A program made the translations under genes and the position numbers. A model generated the notes under the pieces. The model ran no database searches and was not told where the DNA came from. It saw only the letters and a program-made list of their open reading frames with translations. From positions 133,648 through 197,647 of the forward strand of contig CAWIAX010000003.1 of assembly GCA_963834305.1 (NCBI GenBank): 64,000 bases of DNA, written 5' to 3'. Every line of letters starts with the position of its first letter. The stretch's first letter is position 1. Shown here in pieces: positions 46,948-56,819 of this stretch. The DNA is from an uncultured Acidobacteriota bacterium (GTDB lineage: Bacteria; Acidobacteriota; Vicinamibacteria; Vicinamibacterales; 2-12-FULL-66-21).

Positions 46948-48285
46948 ATGGCGACATCCGTGCCTCCCCCGGCGACACCTGGCGACCTTCCGCGCAAACT
47001 CACCGTCTTCGACGGCACCGCGCTGCTCGTCGGCTCCGTCATCGGCTCCGGCATCTTCGTTGTTCCCAGCCTGATCGCGCGGCACGTGCCCGACCCCGGC
47101 CTGGTGCTCGGCATCTGGGTCTTCTCCGGGCTGCTCGTCCTGTGCGGTGCGCTGACGCTCGCCGAGCTCGGGGCCATGCTGCCGCACTCGGGCGGCCTCT
47201 ACGTCTATATGCGGGAAGCCTACGGCCCGTTCTGGGCGTTCCTCTATGGCTGGACGATCATGCTGGTCGCGATCCCGGCGTCGATTGCCGCCCTGACCAG
47301 CGTCTTCCTGCTCTACCTCCGGCTGTTCCTGCCGCTGTCGTGGCCGGCCGAGAAGGCAGTCGGCATCGGCATCCTGCTCGGGCTCGCCTTCATCAACGTC
47401 CGCGGCGCCAAGCTCGGCGCGCGGGTGCAGAACGTCTTTGCCGTGCTCAAGGCCGGCGGCCTCGTCGGCCTGATTCTGCTTGCGCTGCTGACCGGGCGCG
47501 GCGACGCGGGGCATTTCCTGCCGGTCGTGCCGGCGGAGTTCTCCGGCGGGCTGCTGACGGCGATCGGCCTGGCGATGATCTCGACGCTCTTCGCATACGA
47601 CGGCTGGCAGTTCGTCAGCCTCCTGGCCGGAGAGATTCGCGATCCGGGGCGCAACGTCCCGCGCAGCATCATCACCGGCGTGCTCGTGATCATGGCGCTC
47701 TACGTCAGCGCCAACCTCGCGTACATCTACGTGCTCGGCCAGCCGCGGATCGCCGGGGCGGAGCGGGTTGCCGCCGACGCCATGCAGGCGATGATCGGGC
47801 CGGTGGGCGGCACCATCATCGCCCTCGTCATTCTCTGCTCGACGTTCGGCGCCATCTCGGCCAACGTGCTCGCGGCGCCGCGCGTGCTCTTTGCGATGGG
47901 GCGCGACGGGTCGTTCTTCCCGCAGCTGGCCCGCGTGCACCCGGACCACGAGACTCCCTCGACCGCCATCTGGGCGCTGGCGCTGTGGGCAGCGCTCCTC
48001 ACCCTGACCGGCGGCTACGAGCACCTGATCACGATGTCGGGGTTCGCCAACTGGATCTTCTTCACGATGATCGTGCTGTCGGTCATCGTGCTGCGGCGCC
48101 GCCATCCCGAATGGCCGCGCCCCTACCGCGTCACCGGCTATCCAGTCACGGTGATCGTGTTCGTGCTGGTGTCGTCGGTGTTCGTGCTCAACACGCTGGT
48201 GAACTCGCCGGGCAGCTCGCTGCTCGGTCTCGGGCTGCTGCTCGTGGGCATCCCCTTCTATCTCCGCTCGAGAGCGGCGTCGTAG
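46948..48285 (+). CDS. APC-superfamily amino acid permease
   Basis: The start is the ATG at 46948. About 12 TM helices are predicted. The N-terminal GSVIGSGIFVVPS motif is typical of APC transporters. Confidence 0.9.
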   Translation: MATSVPPPATPGDLPRKLTVFDGTALLVGSVIGSGIFVVPSLIARHVPDPGLVLGIWVFSGLLVLCGALTLAELGAMLPHSGGLYVYMREAYGPFWAFLYGWTIMLVAIPASIAALTSVFLLYLRLFLPLSWPAEKAVGIGILLGLAFINVRGAKLGARVQNVFAVLKAGGLVGLILLALLTGRGDAGHFLPVVPAEFSGGLLTAIGLAMISTLFAYDGWQFVSLLAGEIRDPGRNVPRSIITGVLVIMALYVSANLAYIYVLGQPRIAGAERVAADAMQAMIGPVGGTIIALVILCSTFGAISANVLAAPRVLFAMGRDGSFFPQLARVHPDHETPSTAIWALALWAALLTLTGGYEHLITMSGFANWIFFTMIVLSVIVLRRRHPEWPRPYRVTGYPVTVIVFVLVSSVFVLNTLVNSPGSSLLGLGLLLVGIPFYLRSRAAS

Positions 48286-48353
48286 CACCCGATACGACGG
48301 AGAGCCGGGCGCCGTCAGGGCTGGCGCGGCCGGGGCTGGCGTAGGATACGGCC

Positions 48354-50050
48354 ATGCCGACCTGCCGGGCTCTTGCCGTCCGCTGCACAACCGCCGTCCT
48401 GCTCATGATCCTGCCGGGGTGCTCCCGCCAGGAACCGCGGCCCGCCTACGACCTGCTCATCACCGGCGGCTCGGTGATCGACGGCAACGGCACCCCCGCG
48501 GTGGCCGCGGACGTCGGCGTCCGCAACGGCGTCATCGCCGCCATCGGCGACCTCGCCACAGCCTCCGCCACGCGCCGGATCGACGCGTCCGGGCTGACAG
48601 TGGCCCCCGGCTTCATCGACATCCACAACCACTCCGACTACACGATCCTCAGCGAGCCCCGCGCCGAGAGCATGATCCGGCAGGGAGTGACGACGATGGT
48701 GTTCGGTGAGTCGCGGTCGGCGGGCCCGCGGAAGCCTGGCGTGAACGAGGACCCGCGAGCCGGCTCGGATCGGGTTGCGCCTGACTGGACGACGCTGGGC
48801 GGATATTTCGAGAGGCTGGAGCGGCAGCGGATGGCGACCAACGTCGCCTCGTACGTCGGCCACGAGCAGGTGTGGACCCACGTCAAGGGCTACGGCCAGT
48901 CCGCCGCCACCCGGGACGAGCTCGACGAGATGAAGACGCTGGTGGCGCAGGCCATGGAGCAGGGCGCGATGGGGCTGTCCACCGCGCTGCTGCAGCCGCC
49001 GTCGAGCGTGGCGACCACGGCAAACCTGATCGAGCTGGCGGCGGTAGCCCGGGCACATGGCGGCATCTACTCGACGCACATCCGCGACGAGGGGGAGGGG
49101 GTTTTCATGGCGATCGCGGAGGCCATTGCCGTCGGCAAGGGAGCCGGCGTGCGCGGTGGACATCATCCACATGAAGATCGCGCACCGCAGCCTGTGGGGG
49201 CGCGCGAAGGAGATCATCGCGACCGTTCAGCAGGCGCGCGACGCCGGCCTCGACGTCCGGGCCAACGTCTACCCCTACACCGCCGGGCAGAACAACCTGT
49301 CGTCGATCGTGCCCCCCTGGGCGCACGACGGCGGGCGCGAGCGGATGCTCGAGCGCCTGGCCGACCCGGCGGCGCGCCGGCGGATGCGACGCGAGGTGCT
49401 GGAGGGGCTGCCCGGCTGGTACAACCACTACCTGGCGACCGGCGACGGCTGGGGCGGGATGCTGCTGGTGTCGCTGCAGCACCCGCGCAACAAGCCGTTC
49501 CAGGGGCGGCGGATGAGCGAGCTGATTGCCGCCCGCGGCGGCAATCCCGCGGACGTGCTGTTCGACGTGCTGCTCGAGGAGAAGGGCAGCGTGCCGACGG
49601 TGTTCTTCCATCATTCCGAGGAAGACATGCAGGCGGTGATGCGGCAGCCCTGGACCTCGATCGGATCGGACGGCAGCGCGGTGAGCCCCGATGGACCGTC
49701 GGGAGCGTCACATCCGCATCCCCGCTACTACGGCACGTTTCCCGCGGGTGCTCGGGCGCTACGTCCGCGAGCTGAAGGTCCTGACGCTGCCCGAGGCCGT
49801 CCGGAAGATGACCAGCATGAACGCCGACAAGATCGGCGTCACGGATCGGGGACGGCTGAAGGAAGGCACGTCCGCCGACATCACGGTCTTCGATCAGGAC
49901 CGGGTGATCGACCGGGCCACCTTCGAGAAGCCGCACCAGTTCCCGGACGGGATCGAGTTCGTGATCGTGAACGGCGTGGTCACCATTGACCGCGGCGCGC
50001 ACACCAGCGCGCTTGCCGGGCGGGTGCTGTACGGGCCTGGCCGGAAGTGA
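48354..50050 (+). pseudogene. N-acyl-D-amino-acid deacylase (D-aminoacylase, amidohydrolase superfamily), two frameshifts
   Basis: It has a lipoprotein-like N-terminus and the metal motif GFIDIHNHSD. The frame junctions are near 49155 (...AVGKGAGVR / VDIIHMKIAHRSLWG...) and 49741 (...HPRYYGTF / PRVLGRYVRELKVLTLPEAVRKMTS...). Confidence 0.8.
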
Positions 50051-50071
50051 GACCGGCGGCCGGGGCCGGTG

Positions 50072-51547
50072 TCAGGGCCGGTACCAGGCCGGCGTGCCGA
50101 ACCAGTCGTGCATCTCGCTGGTAAACGGCGCGACCACCTCGGGTGGCTCCGCGATGTGGCCGCGGTCACCGGTCTCCGCAATCCAGGCGTCGAGGGCAGC
50201 GCGCAGGCGCAGCCGCGCGGCACGGGGTTCTGGCGCGGTCGAAGCGGCCAGGTTCACGATCTGGTGCGGGTCGGCCTCGGCGTCGAACAGCTCCTCTTCC
50301 GGCGCACGCTCGGCCATGAGCGCCAGCGGCGGGCCGGTGAGGCGTCCTTCGGCGTGCAGCCGTCGCATCAGCGGCATGATAAGGAAGCACTTCTCCTTGT
50401 AGCGGTTCAGCGAGGCGACGGTGGCGTAGGGCGGATAGTTGCGGATGTAACGCCAGCGCGCGTCGCGCACGCTGCGGACCCTCGCCTGCGTCTCGTCGAT
50501 CCGATCGCGGGCGCTGAAGACGAAGGTCCGCGCCGGGGCGGCATCCTCGCCCAGCAGGTTGCGGCTGTGCATGCCGGCCGGCCTCGCCACGCCGGCAATC
50601 GCCATCGTCGTGGCGGTGACGTCGAGCAGGCTCACCATGTCGGTGGCGACGGCGCCCGGGCGGATCTGCGGCGGCGCCGGGAAGTTACGCGGCCAACGGA
50701 CGATGAGCGGGACGTGCAGGCCGCTGTCGTAGAGCCAGTGGATGCCCCGCGGTTCCATGCGGCCGTTGTCGGCAAAGAAGAGGATGACGGTGTCTTCGAG
50801 CGTGCCCTCGGCCTCGAGCTGCCGCAGGATGCGCCCGACGTGAACGTCCATCAGCGACGTCGTGTTCAGGTAGCGGGCCCATTCCTCGCGCACCACCGGA
50901 TCGTCGGGATAGTAGGGGGGCGGGGTGACGTTCGCGGGCGTGGCGATCCGGGGCAGGCGGGGATCGCGCTCCCCCACCCATTCGACCCGCTCTTTCTTCC
51001 ACGTCTGCCGGTCGTAGATGTCGTACTCCGCCTCGGGCATGTTGAACTGGGCGAAGAACGGCTGGCGCCCCTTCAGGACCGGCCAGTCCTCGGTGTCGTA
51101 GATCGGCCCTTCGTTGACGAAATTCAGGTCCAGCTTGCCCGTACCGACCGTCTCCCCGTCAATCTGCTTGATGTTGGCCGTCACGTAGCCGGCGGCCTTC
51201 AGCCGGTGCGTGAACGGCCGGGCACCCTCGGGCAGCCGGAACGTGTCGCTCCGGTGGGAGCGCATGTGATGCGTGTCGGTCGAGGTCTGATAGAAGCCGG
51301 TCATGAGCGCCGAGCGGCTCGGGGCGCACACCGGGGCGGTCGAAAACACCCGGGTGTAGCGCAGTCCCTCCGCTGCCAGGCGGTCCACGTTCGGCGTCGC
51401 CACCAGCTTCTCGCCGTAGGCGCCGAACTCCAGGTTGGCGTTCTCGGCCACGATCCAGACGATGTTCGGCCGCCGCGGCTGGGCGGCGCCGGGCGGGCCG
51501 GGCGCCAGCAGCAGTACGGCCGCGAGGAGAGTGCAGGCGTATCTCAT
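50072..51547 (-). CDS. Sulfatase (formylglycine-dependent arylsulfatase family), secreted
   Basis: It has a signal peptide and PNIVWIVAEN. The CAPSRSALMTG segment is the C-x-P-x-R formylglycine motif. Confidence 0.9.
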   Translation of the reverse strand: MRYACTLLAAVLLLAPGPPGAAQPRRPNIVWIVAENANLEFGAYGEKLVATPNVDRLAAEGLRYTRVFSTAPVCAPSRSALMTGFYQTSTDTHHMRSHRSDTFRLPEGARPFTHRLKAAGYVTANIKQIDGETVGTGKLDLNFVNEGPIYDTEDWPVLKGRQPFFAQFNMPEAEYDIYDRQTWKKERVEWVGERDPRLPRIATPANVTPPPYYPDDPVVREEWARYLNTTSLMDVHVGRILRQLEAEGTLEDTVILFFADNGRMEPRGIHWLYDSGLHVPLIVRWPRNFPAPPQIRPGAVATDMVSLLDVTATTMAIAGVARPAGMHSRNLLGEDAAPARTFVFSARDRIDETQARVRSVRDARWRYIRNYPPYATVASLNRYKEKCFLIMPLMRRLHAEGRLTGPPLALMAERAPEEELFDAEADPHQIVNLAASTAPEPRAARLRLRAALDAWIAETGDRGHIAEPPEVVAPFTSEMHDWFGTPAWYRP

Positions 51548-51646
51548 GTCGGCGTGCCGCTCATTCTAGTCCGTTCGCGCAGGGCCTGTGAGGCGCGCGA
51601 GGCCAAGGAACGGCGCGGTAATATAGCGGTCAATAAGGAGACCATC

Positions 51647-52063
51647 GTGAAGCTGACCACGTACGTGAATTTCCCGGGCACATGCGCCGAGGCGTTCCGG
51701 TTCTACGAGAAGCACCTCGGCGGGCAGATCGGCAGGATGATGACGCACGCCCAGTCACCCGATCAGAGCCGGGTGAGCCCGGACTGGAAGGACGCGGTCC
51801 TGCACGCCCGCATCACCATCGGCGACACCGAGCTGATGGGCGCGGACATCCCGAATGCCCAACCCCTGCGCAGCGCCTACCTCTCGCTCACCGTCGACAG
51901 CAACGCCGAGGCGGAGCGCATCTTTGCCGCGCTCTCCGAGGGCGGCGAGGTCCTGATGTCGATGCAGGAGACGTTTTTCGCCTCGCGCTTCGCCCAGTTG
52001 CGGGATCGGTTCGGCATCAACTGGATGATCATGCACGAGCGCCCCATGCGCCCGGGCGCGTAG
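51647..52063 (+). CDS. VOC/glyoxalase-fold protein (PhnB-like)
   Basis: The GTG at 51647 lies 6 nt after AAGGAG. The product begins KLTTYVNFPGTCAEAFRFYEKHLGG and ends ...FGINWMI, which is PhnB/3-demethylubiquinone-methyltransferase-domain-like. Confidence 0.8.
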   Translation: MKLTTYVNFPGTCAEAFRFYEKHLGGQIGRMMTHAQSPDQSRVSPDWKDAVLHARITIGDTELMGADIPNAQPLRSAYLSLTVDSNAEAERIFAALSEGGEVLMSMQETFFASRFAQLRDRFGINWMIMHERPMRPGA

Positions 52064-52071
52064 TCCTTGCC

Positions 52072-52467
52072 TCAGCGCCTCCCCACCACGTCGGCGCCCC
52101 ACGGGCAGTAGCGCGGAAACTCCGGCTGGTGCGCCTCGACGTAGGACGGGCGGCCGTCGCAGATCTCGATGGCCACCTCCACGAATCGCGTCTCCGCCGG
52201 GTCGAGGTGCCACGTCCATGGCGCGTTGAAGCCGCCGTCGCCGCTGCGCAGCGGTCCCAGGGGGAAGGTGGAATTGGTTCCCCGCAGGTTGCCTTCCGCC
52301 AGCGCGATCGTCTGCGGGTCGGTGAGGCGCACCACGAACCGCTCCCCGGCGACATCGACCACGAAGTCGGTGCCGTTGGGAGAAGGGCTGGTGGCCTGCG
52401 AGCAGGCCCCGCCCAATGCGATCGCCAGGACCGCCGTGCCCATCCGTATCGCCATCACACCAGTCAT
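52072..52467 (-). CDS. Small hypothetical lipoprotein
   Basis: The ATG at 52467 lies 7 nt after GAGGAG. MTGVMAIRMGTAVLAIALGGACSQ is a lipobox-like signal peptide. I recognise no family. Confidence 0.5.
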   Translation of the reverse strand: MTGVMAIRMGTAVLAIALGGACSQATSPSPNGTDFVVDVAGERFVVRLTDPQTIALAEGNLRGTNSTFPLGPLRSGDGGFNAPWTWHLDPAETRFVEVAIEICDGRPSYVEAHQPEFPRYCPWGADVVGRR

Positions 52468-52591
52468 CGCCAGGCTCCTCATCCGATTGGACGACGGCAA
52501 GCGGGCTTCGGATCACGGGTCATGCGGGAAGGGGGGTAACGGGCCTCGTCGCCGCAAACAGCGGGCTCCGTCCGGGGTAAGCTACCGGCCC

Positions 52592-53542
52592 ATGGGCGAC
52601 AAATGGTCGGGAGTGGCCGTGATTCCGTCCGGCAGGAGGCCGGATGGGATCAGTCGTTTCCGGAAGTGCGCGCTGACGGCCGTCCTGCTAGCATGCGGGA
52701 TCATGACGCTTACGGCGCAGACGTGGCCGTTTCCCTGGCCCGAGGACCGCATCGCCAGCTACACCGCGCGGCGCGCCTCCTCGCCCATCGTGGTTGACGG
52801 CCGGCTCGACGAGGCGGCCTGGCAGGCGGCGGAGCGCTCGCCGCGGTTCGCCGATCTCATCGGCGGACGCCCCGGGATCCACGACACACGCGCGGCAGTG
52901 CTCTGGGACGACACCTACCTGTACGTCGGCTACTGGATCGAGGAGCCGTTCATCGAGGCCACCCTGACCGAGCGCGACGCGCCGATCTACACGAACAACG
53001 ACGTCGAGCTGTTCATTGCCGGCCGCGACGCGTATTACGAGTTCGAAATCAACGCGTTCGGCACGATCTACGAAGTCTTCTTCATCTGGGAGCGCGAGTT
53101 CGAGTCGAGCGGCTACGCCCGCCTGCCGGCCTTCGATCGCTCGCGCCCGGGCGTCAGGCCTTTCCCCGGCGTCGGCTTCAAGCAGCATCCGCGCGGCCCG
53201 CGCATCGGCTACTGGAACTGGGACATGCCCGGCCTCGAGACCGCGGTCCATGTGGACGGGACGATCAACGACAACACGGACCGCGACCGCGGCTGGACGG
53301 TCGAGATGCGCATGCCGTGGCGATCGCTCGAGCACCTGGCGATGCCGGACGGGCGCGCCCTGCCGCCGCGGGACGGCGACGAGTGGCGCATGGACTTCTC
53401 CCGCTTCAACATCTACAAGGAAGCGCCGCCGGCGAAGGATCCCGGCGGCTGGGCATGGAGCCCGCACGGCGTGTGGGATTCGCACATCCCGGAGCTGTTC
53501 ACCCGCGTGCGCTTCTCCACCGAGCCCGCCGGCCGCAAGTAA
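52592..53542 (+). CDS. Carbohydrate-binding family 9 (CBM9/DOMON-like) protein
   Basis: The sequence ...PIVVDGRLDEAAWQAAERSPRFADL...AAVLWDDTYLYVGYW...NDVELFI...YYEFEINAFGT...RMDFSR shows the pattern typical of CBM9-like proteins. The start is 52592 or a downstream ATG. Confidence 0.7.
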   Translation: MGDKWSGVAVIPSGRRPDGISRFRKCALTAVLLACGIMTLTAQTWPFPWPEDRIASYTARRASSPIVVDGRLDEAAWQAAERSPRFADLIGGRPGIHDTRAAVLWDDTYLYVGYWIEEPFIEATLTERDAPIYTNNDVELFIAGRDAYYEFEINAFGTIYEVFFIWEREFESSGYARLPAFDRSRPGVRPFPGVGFKQHPRGPRIGYWNWDMPGLETAVHVDGTINDNTDRDRGWTVEMRMPWRSLEHLAMPDGRALPPRDGDEWRMDFSRFNIYKEAPPAKDPGGWAWSPHGVWDSHIPELFTRVRFSTEPAGRK

Positions 53543-53552
53543 AGGAGCTGCC

Positions 53553-54497
53553 ATGCGACGTGCCGTCGCGCCACTGCTGCTGGCGCTCGCGATCGTCAGT
53601 GCATCGGCAGCGCAATGCGCCGCAGCGCCGGAGCCGACGACAGGGTTTTCGCGCCTCTACGTGTTCGGCGACAGTTACTCGGACATCGGCGCCGGGTACA
53701 TCGACGGCAACGGTCCGACAGCAGTCGCCTACCTCGGCTGGCTGATGGGGCTGCAGGTCGCGCCGGCCAACGCGGGCAACGCGGCCGGGAAGAGCCTGGT
53801 GTTCGCCGTGAGCGGCGCGGGGACGGGCGAGGGGGAGGGACGCCGCGTCAAGGAGGCGCTCCTCGGCTACGGGATGATGAACCAGGTGCGCGACTTCGCC
53901 GCGCGCGTGAAGTCCGGCGACATCGTCTTCGATCCGGAGGGGACGCTCTTCTTTCTTGCCGGCGGGCTCAACGACGGCCGGCGGGAGACCGCGTTCACGC
54001 TCGCCAACCTCCGGCAGCAGATTCAGATCCTTCGCGGCCTTGGCGGCCGGCATTTCACCATTGCCCGGCTGCCCACGAAGATCCCGCAGTTTGCCGCCGT
54101 AGGGCTTCGACTGAATCCCGCCTACGAGCAATTCGTCCGCGACGAGGCCGGCGCGGGGGGCGTCGACCTGTGGCTGAACGGCTGGGGCGCCGCGTTCGAC
54201 GAGGTGATGGCGAACCCGGCGGCGCACGGCATTGTCGACACGACGAACGCGTGCGCCGGACGGGCCATCTTCGATCAGGAGCCCACCCCGGCCGGCGATC
54301 CGGCGACCTACTTCTTCTACCACGAGGGGCACCCCTCGACGGCGGTGCATCGCATCGTCGGGAAGAAGCTGTTCGAGGAGATCGCGGCGCACTCCCTCAG
54401 CATCCTGCGCCCTTCCGCGCACATTGCGCGGGCGACTCGGAACTACGCACCCCTCAGAGCTTCTCAGCGGTCAGGTATCCTTTCAACGATTCGTTGA
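53553..54497 (+). CDS. SGNH/GDSL-family hydrolase, secreted
   Basis: The ATG at 53553 lies 5 nt after AAGGAG. It has a signal peptide, the FGDSYSD block I, the GGLND block III and a C-terminal His context (HEGHPS). Confidence 0.8.
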   Translation: MRRAVAPLLLALAIVSASAAQCAAAPEPTTGFSRLYVFGDSYSDIGAGYIDGNGPTAVAYLGWLMGLQVAPANAGNAAGKSLVFAVSGAGTGEGEGRRVKEALLGYGMMNQVRDFAARVKSGDIVFDPEGTLFFLAGGLNDGRRETAFTLANLRQQIQILRGLGGRHFTIARLPTKIPQFAAVGLRLNPAYEQFVRDEAGAGGVDLWLNGWGAAFDEVMANPAAHGIVDTTNACAGRAIFDQEPTPAGDPATYFFYHEGHPSTAVHRIVGKKLFEEIAAHSLSILRPSAHIARATRNYAPLRASQRSGILSTIR

Positions 54498-54572
54498 GGA
54501 TATCGGCGACACCGGGCGAGGCTGCCGCTGAGCCCGCGGCGTTCGCGGAACGAGCACGAGGAGCACACGAAC

Positions 54573-55049
54573 ATGACGCCAAAGAACACCATCTGCCTCT
54601 GGTTCGACAAGGACGCGCATGAAGCGGCGCGCTTCTACGCCGCCACGTTTCCGGACAGTCACGTGACCGCCGTGCACAAGGCGCCCGGCGACTATCCGGG
54701 CGGCAATGCGGGCAATGTGCTGACGGTGGAGTTCACCGTCGTGGGCATCCCCTGCCTCGGCCTCAACGGCGGCCCGCAGTTCAGGCACAGCGAGGCCTTT
54801 TCCTTTCAGATCGCGACGGACACGCAGGAAGAGACGGACCGCTACTGGAACGCGATCGTCGGCAATGGCGGCGAGGAGAGTCAGTGCGGCTGGTGCAAGG
54901 ACCGCTGGGGGCTCTCCTGGCAGATCACGCCGCGCGCGCTCACCGAGGCACTGGCGGCCGGCGGCGGCGAGGCCAAGCGTGCCTTCGAGGCGATGATGCC
55001 GATGAAGAAGATCGACATCGCCACCATCGAGGCGGCCCGGCGCGGCTGA
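54573..55049 (+). CDS. VOC-fold protein (3-demethylubiquinone-9 3-methyltransferase-domain/PhnB-like)
   Basis: ICLWFDKDAHEAARFYAATFPDS...VEFTV...GLNGGP.F...FSFQI...YW...CGWCKDRWGLSWQI is typical of this family. GAGGAG lies upstream of the start. Confidence 0.85.
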   Translation: MTPKNTICLWFDKDAHEAARFYAATFPDSHVTAVHKAPGDYPGGNAGNVLTVEFTVVGIPCLGLNGGPQFRHSEAFSFQIATDTQEETDRYWNAIVGNGGEESQCGWCKDRWGLSWQITPRALTEALAAGGGEAKRAFEAMMPMKKIDIATIEAARRG

Positions 55050-55090
55050 CGGGCACGACGGGCGTCCAACCGCAAAGCGCCGCTCCCGGT

Positions 55091-56576
55091 TCAGCGGACC
55101 GCGCCAGGCACTCCAAAGGCGACCGTCCCGACGTGGTCGCGGATGTGCTCGAGCAGTCCCCGGATCGCGAGGACCACCCCGACCATTTCCAGCGTCTCCT
55201 CGACGGTCGTGATCAACCCGTACTGCAGGTTCTCCCGTCCGTTGAGCTTCCGCGAACATGCCGCTGAGCGCCTCGACGCCGAGCGCGCCGGTGAGGAAGA
55301 CGGCGGCGGCGGTCAGCAGCGTCGTGCGCGTCCTGGCGGGCAGCGCCGCCACGAACGACCGGGACGCGACCGCCGCCACCACGACGACGGTAAAGCCGAC
55401 GATCACCCAGGGATAGTAGAGAAGGCCGGAGGCGCCCAGGGCCGCCCGCAGCGGCTTGACCGACAGCTCGTGGATCGCGGCGGCTTCGTCGGCCGAGAGG
55501 TAGACGCACCCCACCGCCAGGACCGCCCAGTGCATCCGGAAGGCGTTGCCCGAACGGAAAGCCGCGACCGCGACGACGGCGGCTGCCGCGGCGAGGGCGA
55601 GCAGCGCCGAGGACTGATACCACGTCGGGATGTTCCCTTCGCGACTGAGGTTCACCAGCCGGACGATCGCGGGAATCTCCGCGGCGGTGAGGTAGTGCAC
55701 CGCCTGGGCAGCAAGGCTGGCCGCCGCCAGGCCGGCGACGAGCACGAAGAGTGCGTGACCGACCCGCCGCGGCGACAGGCAGAAGGCGGGGCGCGGCACG
55801 GCACGGCGCTGGTCGAAGCTGAGGACGAGCGGCGGCTGGAACGTGCGGACGTAGTCGAGCAGCGCCAGGAGGAAGATGGCGACGCCGATCATCTCCAGCA
55901 TCTCCTCCACGATCACCAGCCCGCCGTGTGCAAGCGTCCCCTTGCCTGACGCGGCATAGAGCGGGGCGGCGAGCAGCTCCATGCCGGCGGCCCCGAGGAC
56001 GTAGATCGCTCCGGCGCTCACGAACAGCCAGCGTGTCGAGCGGGGGAGCTGCCGCAGGAGCGCGCGTTGCGACACCGCAACGCCGGCCGCCAGGGTGAGC
56101 CCGAGGGCCACCCAGGGAAAGTAGAAGAGCGGTGACGCCCCCAGCATCGCCCTGAGCGGCGCATTGGTCATCTCGTGCAGGCTGGCGCTTTCATCGAGCG
56201 AGAGATACAGGAACACCGCGGCCAGCTGCAGCCAGTGTCCGCGCACCCGCCGGTGCGATCCGCACGCGGCCGCGACGAGCAGCGCCGCGGCCGAGAGCAG
56301 GAGGGCGCTCGAGAACCAGGTGGGCAGGTTCCGCTCACCATTGAGATCGAACACCGGCGCCAGCCCCATCAGGTGGTCGTGTCCGAGACCGGTCACCAGG
56401 ATCGTGACGGCGATCCCGGCCGCCAGCAGCACGGTGAGCCCCGCGGCGACGGCCACGGCGGCCCACCGGACTGGGAGGTCGAGGAGCACGCCGCCGCCGG
56501 ACGGCAGCGGCTGCACACGTGTGCGGGGGGTGACCGGACGAACCAGCGTGGCGGGAGCGAAGAGAGCGGAGGACAT
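55091..56576 (-). pseudogene. Polytopic membrane protein of unknown function made of two homologous ~200-aa halves; frameshift near the 3' end
   Basis: The start is the ATG at 56576. The two halves align well. Half 1 reads NGERNLPTWFSS...YLSLDESASLHEM...PLRAMLGASPLFYFPWV...LPRSTR...IVEEMLEMIGV. Half 2 reads SREGNIPTWYQS...YLSADEAAAIHEL...PLRAALGASGLLYYPWV...LPARTR... . The expected TTVEETLEMVGVVLAIRGLLEHI...AVR* of half 2 appears only after a frame change near 55244. The listed 746-aa ORF otherwise runs on antisense to the VOC gene. Confidence 0.6.
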
Positions 56577-56819
56577 GGGCCACCTCGGGGATGCGGCGAC
56601 GCGGCGCCGGGTATGGCCGGGGTAGCAAAGACCTTGCCTGAACCTCATCCATACAATTTGCCGAAATCGTTCGAGATTCCGCGCCTCTCGGGGCATGTAC
56701 CTTGCCGCTGCGACATTTTTCACCCGCGGTAGGCAGAAGCTCTGACTTATGTGGGTATGGTTGAGCCACTTCGGATGACCGGCGAGGCCGCAGCCGGCAG
56801 GTTGGCAGGCGTGCGTACG

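Noticed and set aside
50069-52063. A 664-aa plus-strand ORF spanning the sulfatase locus.
   Set aside because: Only its last ~138 codons, the PhnB-like VOC protein starting at GTG 51647 after AAGGAG, look like a real protein. The rest is antisense to the sulfatase gene.
54483-55090. The C-terminal third of the listed 746-aa ORF, antisense to the VOC gene at 54573..55049.
   Set aside because: It is read-through caused by the frameshift near 55244. The homologous repeat shows that the real protein ends at the TGA at 55093-55091.
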